32,000 nt of DNA from assembly GCF_000189295.2 (NCBI RefSeq), contig NC_016803.1, positions 2,520,001 to 2,552,000 on the forward strand, written 5' to 3'. The notes beneath the pieces were generated by a model. It did not search any database. It was given only the letters and a program-made list of their open reading frames with translations, and had not been told where the DNA came from. Positions 1-8,869 of this stretch are shown one piece after another. The DNA is from Pseudodesulfovibrio mercurii. Lineage in GTDB: Bacteria; Desulfobacterota; Desulfovibrionia; Desulfovibrionales; Desulfovibrionaceae. Positions within the stretch are counted from its first letter, which is position 1. Every line of letters begins with the position of its first letter. The translations under genes were made by a program, and so were the position numbers.

Positions 1-468
1 CTGGAGATTCTTGAGCACGCCGCGCCGCCTGGGGTCGGACTGCCCGGACAGGTCCAGGCCGAGCTCCATGTAGGTCATGACCACGCGCGCGCCCGGTTTG
101 GTGAAACGCAGGAACGCGGACCACGGGTCCGGGAAATTCGGGGCCGGGGCGGAGGCGGGAGCGGACGGAGCCGGGGAGGGCGGTGTCGCCTGCGGCCGGG
201 CCACGGTCGGACGGGCCGCCTGCCGAGCCGGTTGTTGCTGCGGCTGCCGGGCCGGTTGTTGCGACGGACGGGTCCGGGGCTGCGCCTCGGGTTTGGGCTG
301 AGCGGCAATGGGTTCGCGTTGCGCGTCCACAACGCCGGGCTGCGCCGTCACGGGTTCGGGCTGCGCCTGGGCGGCCATGCCGCCCGGCGCGTAGACGAAC
401 TCCAGGCCGGACTCCAGCCAGGGGCGCAGGCTCTCGCGCAGGTTCAGTCGAGCAGAAGGTGATCCCAT
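1..468 (-). CDS. Hypothetical protein, N-terminal part only (gene runs off the window start); Pro/Gln/Ala-rich low-complexity linker followed by a globular segment
   Basis: Minus-strand frame is open from 468 to 1; it is absent from the ORF track because there is no stop in the window. ATG at 466-468 is preceded by GGAG; alternative ATG at 376-378. Hand translation: MGSPSARLNLRESLRPWLESGLEFVYAPGGMAAQAQPEPVTAQ...QQPARQPQQQPARQ...PNFPDPWSAFLRFTKPGARVVMTYMELGLDLSGQSDPRRRGVLKNLQ. Third codon positions are G/C-rich. Overlaps the coaBC 3' end by ~25 nt. No family recognised. Confidence 0.45.
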   Translation of the reverse strand, partial: MGSPSARLNLRESLRPWLESGLEFVYAPGGMAAQAQPEPVTAQPGVVDAQREPIAAQPKPEAQPRTRPSQQPARQPQQQPARQAARPTVARPQATPPSPAPSAPASAPAPNFPDPWSAFLRFTKPGARVVMTYMELGLDLSGQSDPRRRGVLKNLQ

Positions 469-1670
469 AGTCTCCAGGCCACTTCGGTCTTGGGCAGTTG
501 GGGCCACTGTTCGCGGCGGCCCTTGGCGTCGAGCACGTACATCTCGTTGGTGGCCACGCCGAAGCCGCTGCCCGACTTGCCGATGTCGTTGGTCGCAATG
601 AGGTCCAGGTGCTTGCTCTCGAGCTTGCGGGCGGCCTCCTCGCGCAGGTTGCCGGTCTCGGCCGCGAAGCCGATGAGCTTCTGGTCCGGCCGCTTGGATT
701 CGCCCAGGGTCTTGAGGATGTCCGGGTTGGTCTCGAACTCCACGGTGATGCCCGCGCCCGCCGAGGTGGACTTCTTGAACTTGGTCTCGCCGAAGGGCAC
801 GGGCCGGTAGTCGGCCACGGCCGCGGTCAGGCAGGCCATGTCCATGGACGGCCACAGGTCGGTGCAGGCGGCGAACATCTGCCGGGCGGTGGTCACCGAG
901 ACCACGGCCACGTCGCAGGGGAAGGTCAGGGCGGTGGGCCCGGCCACCACGGTCACGTCCGCGCCGCGCAGCCAGGCGGCCATGGCCACGCACGCGCCCA
1001 TGGTCCCGCTGGACGGGTTGGACCAGAAGCGCACCGCGTCCCACGGCTCGCGGGTGGGGCCCAGGGTGACCAGGACGTTCCGGCCCGCCAGATCCTGGGG
1101 GGTCAGGGCCTTGAGCACGGCCAGGAAAATCTCGTCCACCGGGGCCAGCCGCCCGGTGCCGGTTTCGCCGCAGGCCACGGAGCCGCACTCCGGGGCCACG
1201 CGGATGTAGCCGAGCTCCCCGAGGGTGGCCCAGTTGCGCTGGGTGGCCGGGGCCGCCCACATGCGCGGGTTCATGGCCGGGGCCACGATCTTGGGGCCGG
1301 GGAAGGCCAGGGCCTGGCAGGAAAGCATGTCGTCGGCCAGACCGAAGGCCAGCCTGGCCAGGGTGTTGGCCGAGGCCGGGGCCACGACCATCGCGTCCGC
1401 GGCCTGGCCCGGTTCCAGATGGCCGAAGGCGGTGTCCGCGTCCGGGGTCTCGGAGAACATGCCCGTGTAGACCGGCGACGCGCCGAGCGCCTCGAAGGAG
1501 AGGGGGGTCACGAACCGGCGGGCGGCGTCGGTCAGGGTGGCCGAGACCATGCAGTCCGCCTGTTGCAGGGCGCGGGCGAGGTCCAGCGCCTTGTACGCGG
1601 CGATGGACCCGGTCACGCCCAGGTGGACGCGCTTGCCCATGAATCCGGCAAAACCGTAATGGGGCTGCAT
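444..1670 (-). CDS. coaBC: Bifunctional phosphopantothenoylcysteine decarboxylase / phosphopantothenate-cysteine ligase (CoaBC/Dfp)
   Basis: 408-aa ORF. N-terminal flavoprotein motif HLGVTGSIAAYKALDL and PAMNPRMW; C-terminal CoaB-type GPTREPWDAVRFWSNPSSGTMG and AAVADYRP. The start could instead be the ATG at 1640 (MGKRVHLGVTG). Confidence 0.9.
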   Translation of the reverse strand: MQPHYGFAGFMGKRVHLGVTGSIAAYKALDLARALQQADCMVSATLTDAARRFVTPLSFEALGASPVYTGMFSETPDADTAFGHLEPGQAADAMVVAPASANTLARLAFGLADDMLSCQALAFPGPKIVAPAMNPRMWAAPATQRNWATLGELGYIRVAPECGSVACGETGTGRLAPVDEIFLAVLKALTPQDLAGRNVLVTLGPTREPWDAVRFWSNPSSGTMGACVAMAAWLRGADVTVVAGPTALTFPCDVAVVSVTTARQMFAACTDLWPSMDMACLTAAVADYRPVPFGETKFKKSTSAGAGITVEFETNPDILKTLGESKRPDQKLIGFAAETGNLREEAARKLESKHLDLIATNDIGKSGSGFGVATNEMYVLDAKGRREQWPQLPKTEVAWRLWDHLLLD

Positions 1671-1671
1671 G

Positions 1672-2130
1672 CTACTTTCTCTTGGCGTCGGCGTCCTTGA
1701 CCTCCACCGCGAAGATGGTCGTGGTGGCCGAGGCGAAGGTGTCGTCGATCTCGATGACGCAGCTCTTGTTGTACTTCTCGAAGGTCAGGAACTGGACCGA
1801 GCTGGCCTTGTTGTTGGACACCAGGGTCCAGTTGTCCTTGGTCATGTTGTTCAGGAAATACTGGACCAGTTCGGGAATCTCCACGCGGCCCTTGAACTTC
1901 ATGATCGAGGCGCGGAACTTGGCGTTGTCCAGCTTGTAGGAGCCGTCGTTGACGTAGCTGATCTCCTTGGGGATCATGATGTCGTCGAAGTCGAGGTAGT
2001 AGTCCGGTTCCTGCGTCTGGGACGAGGCCTGGGGTTCGGCCCCGGACGAGTTCGAGCCGGTCCTGGCGGTGCAGGCGGCCAACAGGCCGATGATCAGGAG
2101 CGGCAGGAGCAGTTTGATGAATGAACGCAT
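1672..2130 (-). CDS. Hypothetical lipoprotein
   Basis: 152-aa ORF with signal peptide plus lipobox (MRSFIKLLLPLLIIGLLAAC). Strong SD (GGGAGGA) upstream. The stop lies 1 nt from the coaBC start, so it is probably co-transcribed. Family not recognised. Confidence 0.7.
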   Translation of the reverse strand: MRSFIKLLLPLLIIGLLAACTARTGSNSSGAEPQASSQTQEPDYYLDFDDIMIPKEISYVNDGSYKLDNAKFRASIMKFKGRVEIPELVQYFLNNMTKDNWTLVSNNKASSVQFLTFEKYNKSCVIEIDDTFASATTTIFAVEVKDADAKRK

Positions 2131-2174
2131 GGTTTCCTCCCTCGGTATGTGCGGTGATGTCGTTGCGGTTGGGT

Positions 2175-2858
2175 TCAGGACGCGGCTTCCTTGAGCCGGT
2201 CGATCTTGTCCTGAAGGTATCGTTCCATGTCCCGGCGGTCCTTGCGCAGCCGGACCAGCTCGCTCTCCAGGATCTGGAGCTTGGCCTTGATGTCCGAGGT
2301 GTCGAAGGTCAGCTTCAGGGCCATCTCCTCGATCTCGGCGTCCTTGGCCTCGAGCGCCCTGGTTTGTTCGAGCAGGTCCTCGGGCAGTGCGGCCGGGCCG
2401 GGGGGCAGCTGCTTGATGCGCTTCTGGCTGCGGGCCAGGAGCACGAAGGCGGTCTTGAGCTTGTGGATGTCGTCCTGCTGCCGTTCGATGATGGACTTCT
2501 GGTCCGCGATGACCTCCATGCAGGCGGTCACGCGGGAGAGCACGTCGTTGAAGGTGGCGGCCAGGTCGGCGAATCCCTCCATGGCCGGAACCGGACCGGC
2601 GGCGGCCGGGGTGTGGTCCACCTCGATGGTCCGGGGGAACTCGCTGTGCAGCCGGTCGTCTATCTCGTTGGTGACCAGCCCGTCCCCGTAAAGATGAGAA
2701 ATGCGTTCGAAGACCACCACGGAGTCCTCCGGGTATTTCGTCACGCGGCCGACCTTTCGGCCCCCGAGGAAGTCCTTGAAAAGGGCGGCGTACCGACGCG
2801 CCGTCGGCGCGGGGATGCGGGTGCGTTTGGCTATCTCAGCCACGGAAAGCCAATTCAT
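2175..2858 (-). CDS. Putative DNA-binding protein: MerR-like N-terminal helix-turn-helix plus C-terminal coiled coil
   Basis: 227-aa ORF. N-terminus LSVAEIAKRTRIPAPTARRYAALF resembles a MerR-type HTH. The C-terminal half is heptad-like and charged (LKLTFDTSDIKAKLQILESELVRLRKDRRDMERYLQDKIDRLKE). Weak SD. Confidence 0.6.
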   Translation of the reverse strand: MNWLSVAEIAKRTRIPAPTARRYAALFKDFLGGRKVGRVTKYPEDSVVVFERISHLYGDGLVTNEIDDRLHSEFPRTIEVDHTPAAAGPVPAMEGFADLAATFNDVLSRVTACMEVIADQKSIIERQQDDIHKLKTAFVLLARSQKRIKQLPPGPAALPEDLLEQTRALEAKDAEIEEMALKLTFDTSDIKAKLQILESELVRLRKDRRDMERYLQDKIDRLKEAAS

Positions 2859-3000
2859 GCCTATGAAATACCATGAATCCGGCCAATATCAAGCCCTTCG
2901 GACCCATTGGCGGCCACTTGGCATATCCGACCGATATTATTGGAAAAGAAAAAGATTACGTAGAAATTGGAGATGTTGTACAACCGGGTCCAACAAGACG

Positions 3001-4098
3001 ATGGAACCTATATTTATGGAAATACCCGAAGATTACCGCCTGTCGAGCTACGACTATCCCCTGCCCGAGGACCGCATCGCCCAGGAACCCGCCGCCCGCC
3101 GCGACGGGTCCAGGCTCCTGGTCCTGGACCGCGCGGCCCGTTCCCTGACCCCGGCCCGGTTCACCGATCTCCTGGACTACCTGCCGGACGACTGCCTGCT
3201 GGTGGCCAACAACTCGCGCGTCATCCCGGCGCGCGTCTTCGGCCGCAAGCCCACGGGCGGCCAGGTGGAGTTCCTGCTGCTCACGCCCCTGCCGCTGCTC
3301 ACACCCGAGGAGCGGGACGGCTGGCTGACCGTCCGGGCCGAAGGGCTGCTGCGCGCCTCCAAGGGACCCAAACCCGGCGCGACCGTGACCTTTGCCGACG
3401 ACTTTTCCCTGACCGCGCTGGAAGCCGGGGAGTTCGGCCGCTGGCAGGTGGAACTGCGCTGGAAGGGGGACCTGACAGCGCTGTTCAACAGCCTGGGCCA
3501 CCTGCCCCTGCCGCCGTACATCAAGCGCCCGGACGTTGAAGCCGACCGCGAGCGCTACCAGACCACCTACGCCGACCGGTCCAAGACCGGGTCCGTGGCC
3601 GCGCCCACGGCCGGGCTGCACTTCACCCCGGAGCTGCGCGAGCGCATCCGGGCCAAGGGCATCCAGTGGGCCGAGGTGACGCTCTACGTGGGCTACGGGA
3701 CCTTCAGCCCGGTGCGCTGCCCGGACATCCGCGACCACCGCATGCACGCCGAATACATCGAGGTGAGCGAGGAAACCGCCGAGGCCGTGCGCGGGGCCAA
3801 GGCCGAAGGGCGGCCGGTCATCGCCGTGGGCACCACCAGCGCCCGGACCCTGGAAGGCATGGTCCGCGAGGCCGGTTCCATACGGCAATTCCGTGGAGAA
3901 ACGGACATATTCATATCCCCGGGCTATACTTTCAAGGTTATCGACGGTATTCTGACGAACTTCCATTTGCCAGAATCGTCGCTCATCATTATGATCTCGG
4001 CTCTTGCTGGCAGAAAAACGATCCTGGATGCCTATGCGTTCGCCCTTGAAAACGACTTCCGCTTCTTCTCCTACGGGGATGCGATGCTCATCAGGTAG
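3001..4098 (+). CDS. queA: S-adenosylmethionine:tRNA ribosyltransferase-isomerase (queuosine biosynthesis)
   Basis: Motifs YDYPLPEDRIAQEPAARRDGSRLLVL, LPPYIKR, GLHFTPEL, VGTTSARTLE, FFSYGDAMLI. The track ORF starts at 2701, but the first 100 codons overlap the divergent gene and are not QueA-like. I place the start at ATG 3001 (MEPIFMEIPEDY) or possibly 3016. Confidence 0.9.
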   Translation: MEPIFMEIPEDYRLSSYDYPLPEDRIAQEPAARRDGSRLLVLDRAARSLTPARFTDLLDYLPDDCLLVANNSRVIPARVFGRKPTGGQVEFLLLTPLPLLTPEERDGWLTVRAEGLLRASKGPKPGATVTFADDFSLTALEAGEFGRWQVELRWKGDLTALFNSLGHLPLPPYIKRPDVEADRERYQTTYADRSKTGSVAAPTAGLHFTPELRERIRAKGIQWAEVTLYVGYGTFSPVRCPDIRDHRMHAEYIEVSEETAEAVRGAKAEGRPVIAVGTTSARTLEGMVREAGSIRQFRGETDIFISPGYTFKVIDGILTNFHLPESSLIIMISALAGRKTILDAYAFALENDFRFFSYGDAMLIR

Positions 4099-4141
4099 AC
4101 GCGGCAACCATTCATCATCACTTACAGAACTGGAGTAGTAC

Positions 4142-4375
4142 ATGTCTCGAATCGAGGTCCGGGAAGACAGGTGCAAAGGCTGTTTGCTCTGCACCACCGT
4201 CTGCCCCGTCGACATCATCGTCCAGTCTGACCGGTTCAACGTCAGCGGCTACAAGGTCGCCGAGGTGCCCGAGGCCGACAAGGACAAATGTACCGGCTGC
4301 GCATCCTGCGCCCAGATCTGCCCGGACGTGGCGATCAGAGTGTACAGGACCCCAAAGAAGAAAGAGGGGAAGTAG
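4142..4375 (+). CDS. 2-oxoacid:ferredoxin oxidoreductase, delta subunit (2x[4Fe-4S] ferredoxin)
   Basis: 77 aa with two CxxCxxCxxxCP motifs (CKGCLLCTTVCP, CTGCASCAQICP). GGAG SD. First gene of a tightly packed four-gene OFOR operon. Confidence 0.85.
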   Translation: MSRIEVREDRCKGCLLCTTVCPVDIIVQSDRFNVSGYKVAEVPEADKDKCTGCASCAQICPDVAIRVYRTPKKKEGK

Positions 4376-4376
4376 C

Positions 4377-5447
4377 ATGAGCAAGAAAAACGACCGCATC
4401 TTCGTCAAGGGGAACGAAGCCATCGCGCGCGGCGCACTGGCCGCCAAGTGCAGATGCTTCTTCGGCTACCCCATCACCCCGCAGAACGACATACCCGAAT
4501 TCATGTCCTCGGAGATCATCAAGGCCGGCGGCGACTTCGTCCAGGCCGAATCCGAGGTGGCCGCGGCCAACATGCTGCTCGGCGCGGGCGCGACCGGCGT
4601 CCGGGCCATGACCTCCAGCTCCTCCCCCGGCATCGCGCTCAAGCAGGAGGCCATCTCCTACATGGCGGGCAGCGAGGTCCCGGCGGTCATCGTCAACATG
4701 AACCGTGGCGGGCCAGGCCTGGGCGACATCGGCCCGGCCCAGGGCGACTACTACCAGTCCACCCGGGGCGGCGGCCACGGCGACTACCGCCACTTCACCC
4801 TCGGACCCGGCACGGTCCAGGAGGCCTACGACCTGACCATCAAGGCCTTTGACATCGCCTTCACCCACCGCACCCCGGTGCTCATCCTGGGCGACGCCAT
4901 TCTCGGCCAGATGAAGGAACCCATCACCCCCTGGGAACCCGAAGGCATCGACGAGGACGCGGGCCGCGACTGGGCCATCACCGGCCGAACCGACGGCCGC
5001 GAAAAGCGTCTGATCAAGTCCCTCTTCCTCGAGGAAGGGGCCCTGGCCGAACAGAACAGGCACCTCCAGGCCAAATACGACTCCTGGAAGGGCCTGACCG
5101 AGGCCGAGCAGTTCGAGACCGAGGACGCGGACCTCATCGTCTGCGCCTACGGCTCCATCGGCCGCATCGCCAAGTCCGCGGTGCGCAAGTTCCGCAAGGA
5201 CGGCCGCAAGGTCGGCCTGTTCCGGCCCATCACCCTGTACCCGTTCCCGTCGGACGAGCTCAAGGCCCTGGCCGAACAGGGCAAGCGGTTCCTGACCATC
5301 GAACACAACCTCGGCCAGATGGTCGACGACGTGCGCCTGGCCATCCGGACCGTGGCCGACTCCGACTTCTACCCCATCTATCCCGGCAACCTGCCCACCC
5401 CGGACGAACTGGAGGAGCCCATCCTCAAATGCCTGGAGGGTAAATAA
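4377..5447 (+). CDS. 2-oxoacid:ferredoxin oxidoreductase, alpha subunit (KorA/VorB-type)
   Basis: 356 aa. Hallmark FFGYPITPQNDIPE near the N-terminus. Starts 1 nt after the delta stop. Substrate (2-oxoglutarate vs branched-chain 2-oxoacids) cannot be decided from sequence alone. Confidence 0.88.
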   Translation: MSKKNDRIFVKGNEAIARGALAAKCRCFFGYPITPQNDIPEFMSSEIIKAGGDFVQAESEVAAANMLLGAGATGVRAMTSSSSPGIALKQEAISYMAGSEVPAVIVNMNRGGPGLGDIGPAQGDYYQSTRGGGHGDYRHFTLGPGTVQEAYDLTIKAFDIAFTHRTPVLILGDAILGQMKEPITPWEPEGIDEDAGRDWAITGRTDGREKRLIKSLFLEEGALAEQNRHLQAKYDSWKGLTEAEQFETEDADLIVCAYGSIGRIAKSAVRKFRKDGRKVGLFRPITLYPFPSDELKALAEQGKRFLTIEHNLGQMVDDVRLAIRTVADSDFYPIYPGNLPTPDELEEPILKCLEGK

Positions 5448-6218
5448 ATGACCGAAATGAACGAAAAACTGGTCTTCGACAAGCCCAAGTCCGTCATCGA
5501 CCGGCCGACCCACTACTGCCCGGGCTGCCACCACGGCATCGCCCACCGGCTCATCGGCGAACTGCTCGACGAAATGGACCTGGCCGAAAAGACCCTCATG
5601 GTCACCTCCATCGGCTGCTCGGTCTTCCTCTACAACTACCTCAACGCCGACGCGGTGGAGGCCCCCCACGGCCGCGCCCCGGCGGTGGCCACCGGCGTCA
5701 AGCGCTCCCGGCCCGACAAGTTCGTCTTCACCTACCAGGGCGATGGCGACCTGGCCTCCATCGGCATGGCCGAGATCATGCACGCCGCCAACCGCGGCGA
5801 GAAAATGTGCGTGGTCTTCGTCAACAACACGGTCTACGGCATGACCGGCGGCCAGATGGCCCCGACCACCATGATCGGACAGATCACCACGACCACCCCG
5901 GCGGGCCGCTGCCAGACCCACGAGGGCGCGCCCATCCGCATGACCGAGATCATCGCCTCCCTGGGCGGCACCGCCTTTGCCGCGCGCGCCGCGCTCAACA
6001 CCGTGGCCAACATCAAGAAGGCCAAGAAATACCTGAAAAAGGCCTTCGAGTTCCAACTGAACAACACCGGCTTCGGGTTCGTGGAGCTGCTCTCCGGCTG
6101 CCCGACCAACTGGAAGATGACCCCGCTCAAAGCCAATGAACGCATCCAGAATGAAATGATCCCGTACTTCCCGCTCGGCATCTACAAGGATGTGTCCGAG
6201 GAAGGAGGTGTCTGCTGA
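5448..6218 (+). CDS. 2-oxoacid:ferredoxin oxidoreductase, beta subunit (thiamine-diphosphate binding)
   Basis: 256 aa. TPP-binding region TYQGDGDLASIG...VNNTVYGMTGGQ. The start abuts the alpha stop (TAAATG). Confidence 0.9.
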   Translation: MTEMNEKLVFDKPKSVIDRPTHYCPGCHHGIAHRLIGELLDEMDLAEKTLMVTSIGCSVFLYNYLNADAVEAPHGRAPAVATGVKRSRPDKFVFTYQGDGDLASIGMAEIMHAANRGEKMCVVFVNNTVYGMTGGQMAPTTMIGQITTTTPAGRCQTHEGAPIRMTEIIASLGGTAFAARAALNTVANIKKAKKYLKKAFEFQLNNTGFGFVELLSGCPTNWKMTPLKANERIQNEMIPYFPLGIYKDVSEEGGVC

Positions 6219-6760
6219 TGCGCTACATGGATACCATCATCGCGGGCTTCGGCGGCCAGGGCGTCATGCTCATCGGCAACCTGCTCGCCTACGCGGGCAT
6301 GAAGGACGGCCTCAACGTCACCTACATCCCGGTCTACGGCCCGGAGATGCGCGGCGGCACCGCCAACTGCACGGTCGTCCTCTCCGAAGAGGACATCGGT
6401 TCGCCCATCATCCGTCGGCCCAAGTCCCTCATCGCCATGAACCGCCCGTCCCTGGACAAGTTCCAGCCGCGCGTGGTCGACAACGGCATCCACATCATCA
6501 ACTCCTCGCTCATCGACATGGAGCTGGCCGACACCGGTCGCCTCAAATGCTACGGCGTACCCTGCAACGAGATCGCCGACGAGCTGGGCAATACCCGCAT
6601 GGCCAACATGGTCGCCATCGGCGCCTTCGTCCAGGCCTCGGGCATCATCCCGCTGGACGCGGTCATCGGCTCGCTGGAAAACGTCATCTCCCCGCACTAC
6701 CACAAGCTCATCCCGGCCAACACCAAGGCCATCCAAGCCGGCGCCAAACACGTCGCCTAG
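6218..6760 (+). CDS. 2-oxoacid:ferredoxin oxidoreductase, gamma subunit
   Basis: 180 aa. Hallmark [23 protein letters not shown] stop/start overlap with the beta subunit. Confidence 0.88.
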   Translation: MRYMDTIIAGFGGQGVMLIGNLLAYAGMKDGLNVTYIPVYGPEMRGGTANCTVVLSEEDIGSPIIRRPKSLIAMNRPSLDKFQPRVVDNGIHIINSSLIDMELADTGRLKCYGVPCNEIADELGNTRMANMVAIGAFVQASGIIPLDAVIGSLENVISPHYHKLIPANTKAIQAGAKHVA

Positions 6761-6784
6761 CAGCGCGGGACACATGTAAATAAA

Positions 6785-6820
6785 CGCCCCTGCCGGATGC
6801 TCCGGCAGGGGCGTTTTTTT
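6785..6820 (+). terminator. Rho-independent terminator of the OFOR operon
   Basis: Stem gcccctgccgga (6786-6797) / tccggcaggggc (6801-6812), 3-nt loop, followed by a T7 run (6814-6820). Confidence 0.85.
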
Positions 6821-6822
6821 GT

Positions 6823-6938
6823 GCCTCCGGCGGCCGGGGGAAGGGGAGGAAAAACCCTTTGAAAAGGGTTTTTTCCTCCCCTTCCCCCGGACCCCCATCC
6901 CCTCCTTTTCCCAAACTTTTTGGCGCCGCTTCGCGGGG
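6823..6938 (+). repeat. GC-rich intergenic repeat module, copy A (REP/MITE-like family)
   Basis: Reads gcctccggcgg - palindrome ggaaaaaccctttgaaaagggttttttcc - ggacccccatcccctcc - cccaaactttttggcgccgcttcgcgg. The same landmarks recur at 7031-7105, 14134-14319, 21412-21991, 26081-26135 and 29390-30080. Confidence 0.8.
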
Positions 6939-7030
6939 GAGGGGAGGGGGCTGGGTTAGTCATACAATATGATCATCTATTACGTACAATAGGTATCTCC
7001 ATGGCTCGGTTTGAAGCTCCCGCACGGCAC

Positions 7031-7105
7031 CCGCGAAGCGGCGACAAAAAAGTTTGGAAGGGGGGTCCGGGGGGGAAACTTTTGGGAAAAGTTTCCCCCC
7101 TGGCC
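7031..7105 (-). repeat. GC-rich intergenic repeat module, copy B (inverted relative to copy A)
   Basis: Reads ccgcgaagcggcgacaaaaaagtttgg..ggggtccggggg..ggaaacttttgggaaaagtttcc. This is the reverse complement of the copy A landmarks. Confidence 0.75.
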
Positions 7106-7511
7106 GATTGCTGCTGTCCTCATCCGTAAGGATGTACTGTACGACCCCTTCGGCGGGATCATCGAGGACACCAACCCGAGCCTGCGTCTGCCCCATCCTC
7201 CTCGTGCTGCTGTCGGGCCCGGCCGGAGCCGGGGAGCGGCCCGAGATGTTCGTGGGGCCGGAGCCCGGCTTCGTGAATGAGTACGAGTAGTATGCCGGAG
7301 GGCCAACAAGGGTCTTCGGCATGGACAGGACGCCGGAGGTCATCCAGGTCGCCTACGCCTTTGCGGATCGAAACGGCGGGCGGCACCCCCTGGCTGTGAC
7401 CTGGTTTGTGGAGGGCCGATCTACGGGGAGTTGTCCGACCCGATACGCTGCTGCCGGGCCACACCGGAGGAGATGGCGGTGGCGCGGCGGATACTTGATG
7501 CCGCCCAGTGA
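7105..7511 (+). pseudogene. Possible decayed gene remnant(s): coding-like signal that switches frame twice and is interrupted by one in-frame stop
   Basis: Four stretches have strong G/C third-position bias. They read DVLYDPFGGIIEDTNPSLRL (frame of ORF 7011), ILLVLLSGPAGAGERPEMFVGPEPGFVNEYE* (frame of ORF 7054), MDRTPEVIQVAYAFADRNGGRHPLAVTWFVEG (ORF 7321), then PIYGELSDPIRCCRATPEEMAVARRILDAAQ* in a third frame ending at 7511. The apparent shifts fall at the C-run near 7190 and the G-run near 7412-7415. No family recognised. Confidence 0.3.
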
Positions 7512-7521
7512 GCCGAAACAA

Positions 7522-7557
7522 GGCGGCCTGCCGGAAATCTCCGGCAGGCCGCTTTTT
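7522..7557. terminator. Bidirectional rho-independent terminator
   Basis: Stem ggcggcctgccgga (7522-7535) / tccggcaggccgc (7540-7552), loop aatc, T5 downstream on the + strand. On the - strand a T-rich tail (ttgtttcgg) follows. Lies 18 nt downstream of the stop of the minus-strand COG1900 gene. Confidence 0.8.
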
Positions 7558-7574
7558 GCATGCATCGAGGCGGG

Positions 7575-8744
7575 CTAGAAGCTCGGGATGTCGTCCTGTT
7601 TTTCGGTCAGCAGGAATTTGCCGGCCAGGATCCATTCCTTGAGCTTGTCGGCCACTTCCAGGGACATGGAGTGGGAGGTCACGGGCACGGTGGCGGTCTC
7701 CTTCCCGTTGACCATGATCCGGCCGCTCCTGAGCTCGGCGAAGCTCACGCGGGTGACCTCGCGCGGAATGCCGTTGGGGTAGTCGTAGCCGTAGTCCTTG
7801 ACCGGCATGGAGATGTCCTCGTTGGCCACGCCGGCGAACCAGGCCAGCTCCTCGTTGAGCATGGGGATGGGGATGCCCACGCCGAGGGCCAGGGAAACGC
7901 CGTAGCCGATGATGGACTGGGCGCGCACGTAGCGGGCGTTCATCTTCTTGAAGTCGCCCTTGAGCATGAGCGTGCCCGAGCCGCCCTCGGGGATGCCGCG
8001 CTCGTTGCGCTTGGGCTTCTGGACATGCTGGGTGCCCTCGCCGATGACGTAGCCGATGCCCCCGCCCAGGAATATGCGCGTGCCCATGCCGATGGTCCGG
8101 AAGTACGGGTCGTTGAACAGCGGGGACAGGGCGCCCGCGGTGGCGTAGTTGACGTTGGACGCGTTGGCCTTGAGCGGACCCATGTACGTGTAGATGGTCC
8201 GGTTGGTCAGGTTCACGGCCGCGTTGTAGTTCTGGTAGCAGTTGCGCGGGTTGAGCATGACCGCGTTGGGCAGATCGGCCAGGGTCACGTCCTTGTCCAG
8301 TTCGCGCCGGGGGTAGCAATCCGTGCCGTAGGCCTCGGCCCGCAGGTGCACGGCCTTGCCGCGCAGCAGGTCCTCCATGACGTGGGCCCCGCCGTAGGCG
8401 AAGCGGCCGGGATGGACCTTGTTCAGGGGATCGTCCTCGGCGGGCTCGGTGGCCCCGAGATAGGCGTCCACGGCCGCGATGCCGCTGTAGCAGGGCACGT
8501 TGTTCAGCCAGAGCTTGGAGACCTTCATGACCGGCGGCTGCTGCCCGATGTTGAAGAGCAGCCCCGAGGAGCACATGGGCGAGAAGGTGCCGGTGGTGAC
8601 CACGTCCACTTCCTGGGCGGCCTTGACCTTGCCTTCCTTCCTGACGATCTCGATCATCTCCTCGGCATTGACCACCACGGCCTTGCCCTGGCGGATGCGC
8701 TCGTTGATCTCCTGGACCGTCTTGTTCACTTTGTATTCAGCCAT
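7575..8744 (-). CDS. COG1900/DUF39-family protein (sulfide-dependent homocysteine biosynthesis protein of anaerobes)
   Basis: 389 aa. Characteristic VDVVTTGTFSPMCSSG and IFLGGGIGYVIGEGTQH blocks as I recall them for the DUF39 family implicated in homocysteine synthesis in methanogens and Desulfovibrio. No fused CBS or ferredoxin domain. Confidence 0.8.
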   Translation of the reverse strand: MAEYKVNKTVQEINERIRQGKAVVVNAEEMIEIVRKEGKVKAAQEVDVVTTGTFSPMCSSGLLFNIGQQPPVMKVSKLWLNNVPCYSGIAAVDAYLGATEPAEDDPLNKVHPGRFAYGGAHVMEDLLRGKAVHLRAEAYGTDCYPRRELDKDVTLADLPNAVMLNPRNCYQNYNAAVNLTNRTIYTYMGPLKANASNVNYATAGALSPLFNDPYFRTIGMGTRIFLGGGIGYVIGEGTQHVQKPKRNERGIPEGGSGTLMLKGDFKKMNARYVRAQSIIGYGVSLALGVGIPIPMLNEELAWFAGVANEDISMPVKDYGYDYPNGIPREVTRVSFAELRSGRIMVNGKETATVPVTSHSMSLEVADKLKEWILAGKFLLTEKQDDIPSF

Positions 8745-8869
8745 CGTTATCCTGCCTTCGCCCCACCGGACCGGGGTCCGCGAGGTGTTGTTCCATGCGT
8801 GAAGTCCACCCCTTGTAATCCAATTTCGCCGGAAGGAAAACCAGCTTCTTGACCGGATCCTCCCGGCGT

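Noticed and set aside
2918-2935. Sigma-54 promoter (TTGGCAT) in the divergent queA / HTH-gene spacer
   Set aside because: The -24 GG is present, but the -12 position (10 nt downstream) reads AC rather than GC, and there is no TTGC element.
6823-7105. CRISPR array, because of recurring palindromic ~25-nt units across the window
   Set aside because: The copies are scattered across six loci, not tandem with regular spacers. The units are degenerate, and no cas genes are present.
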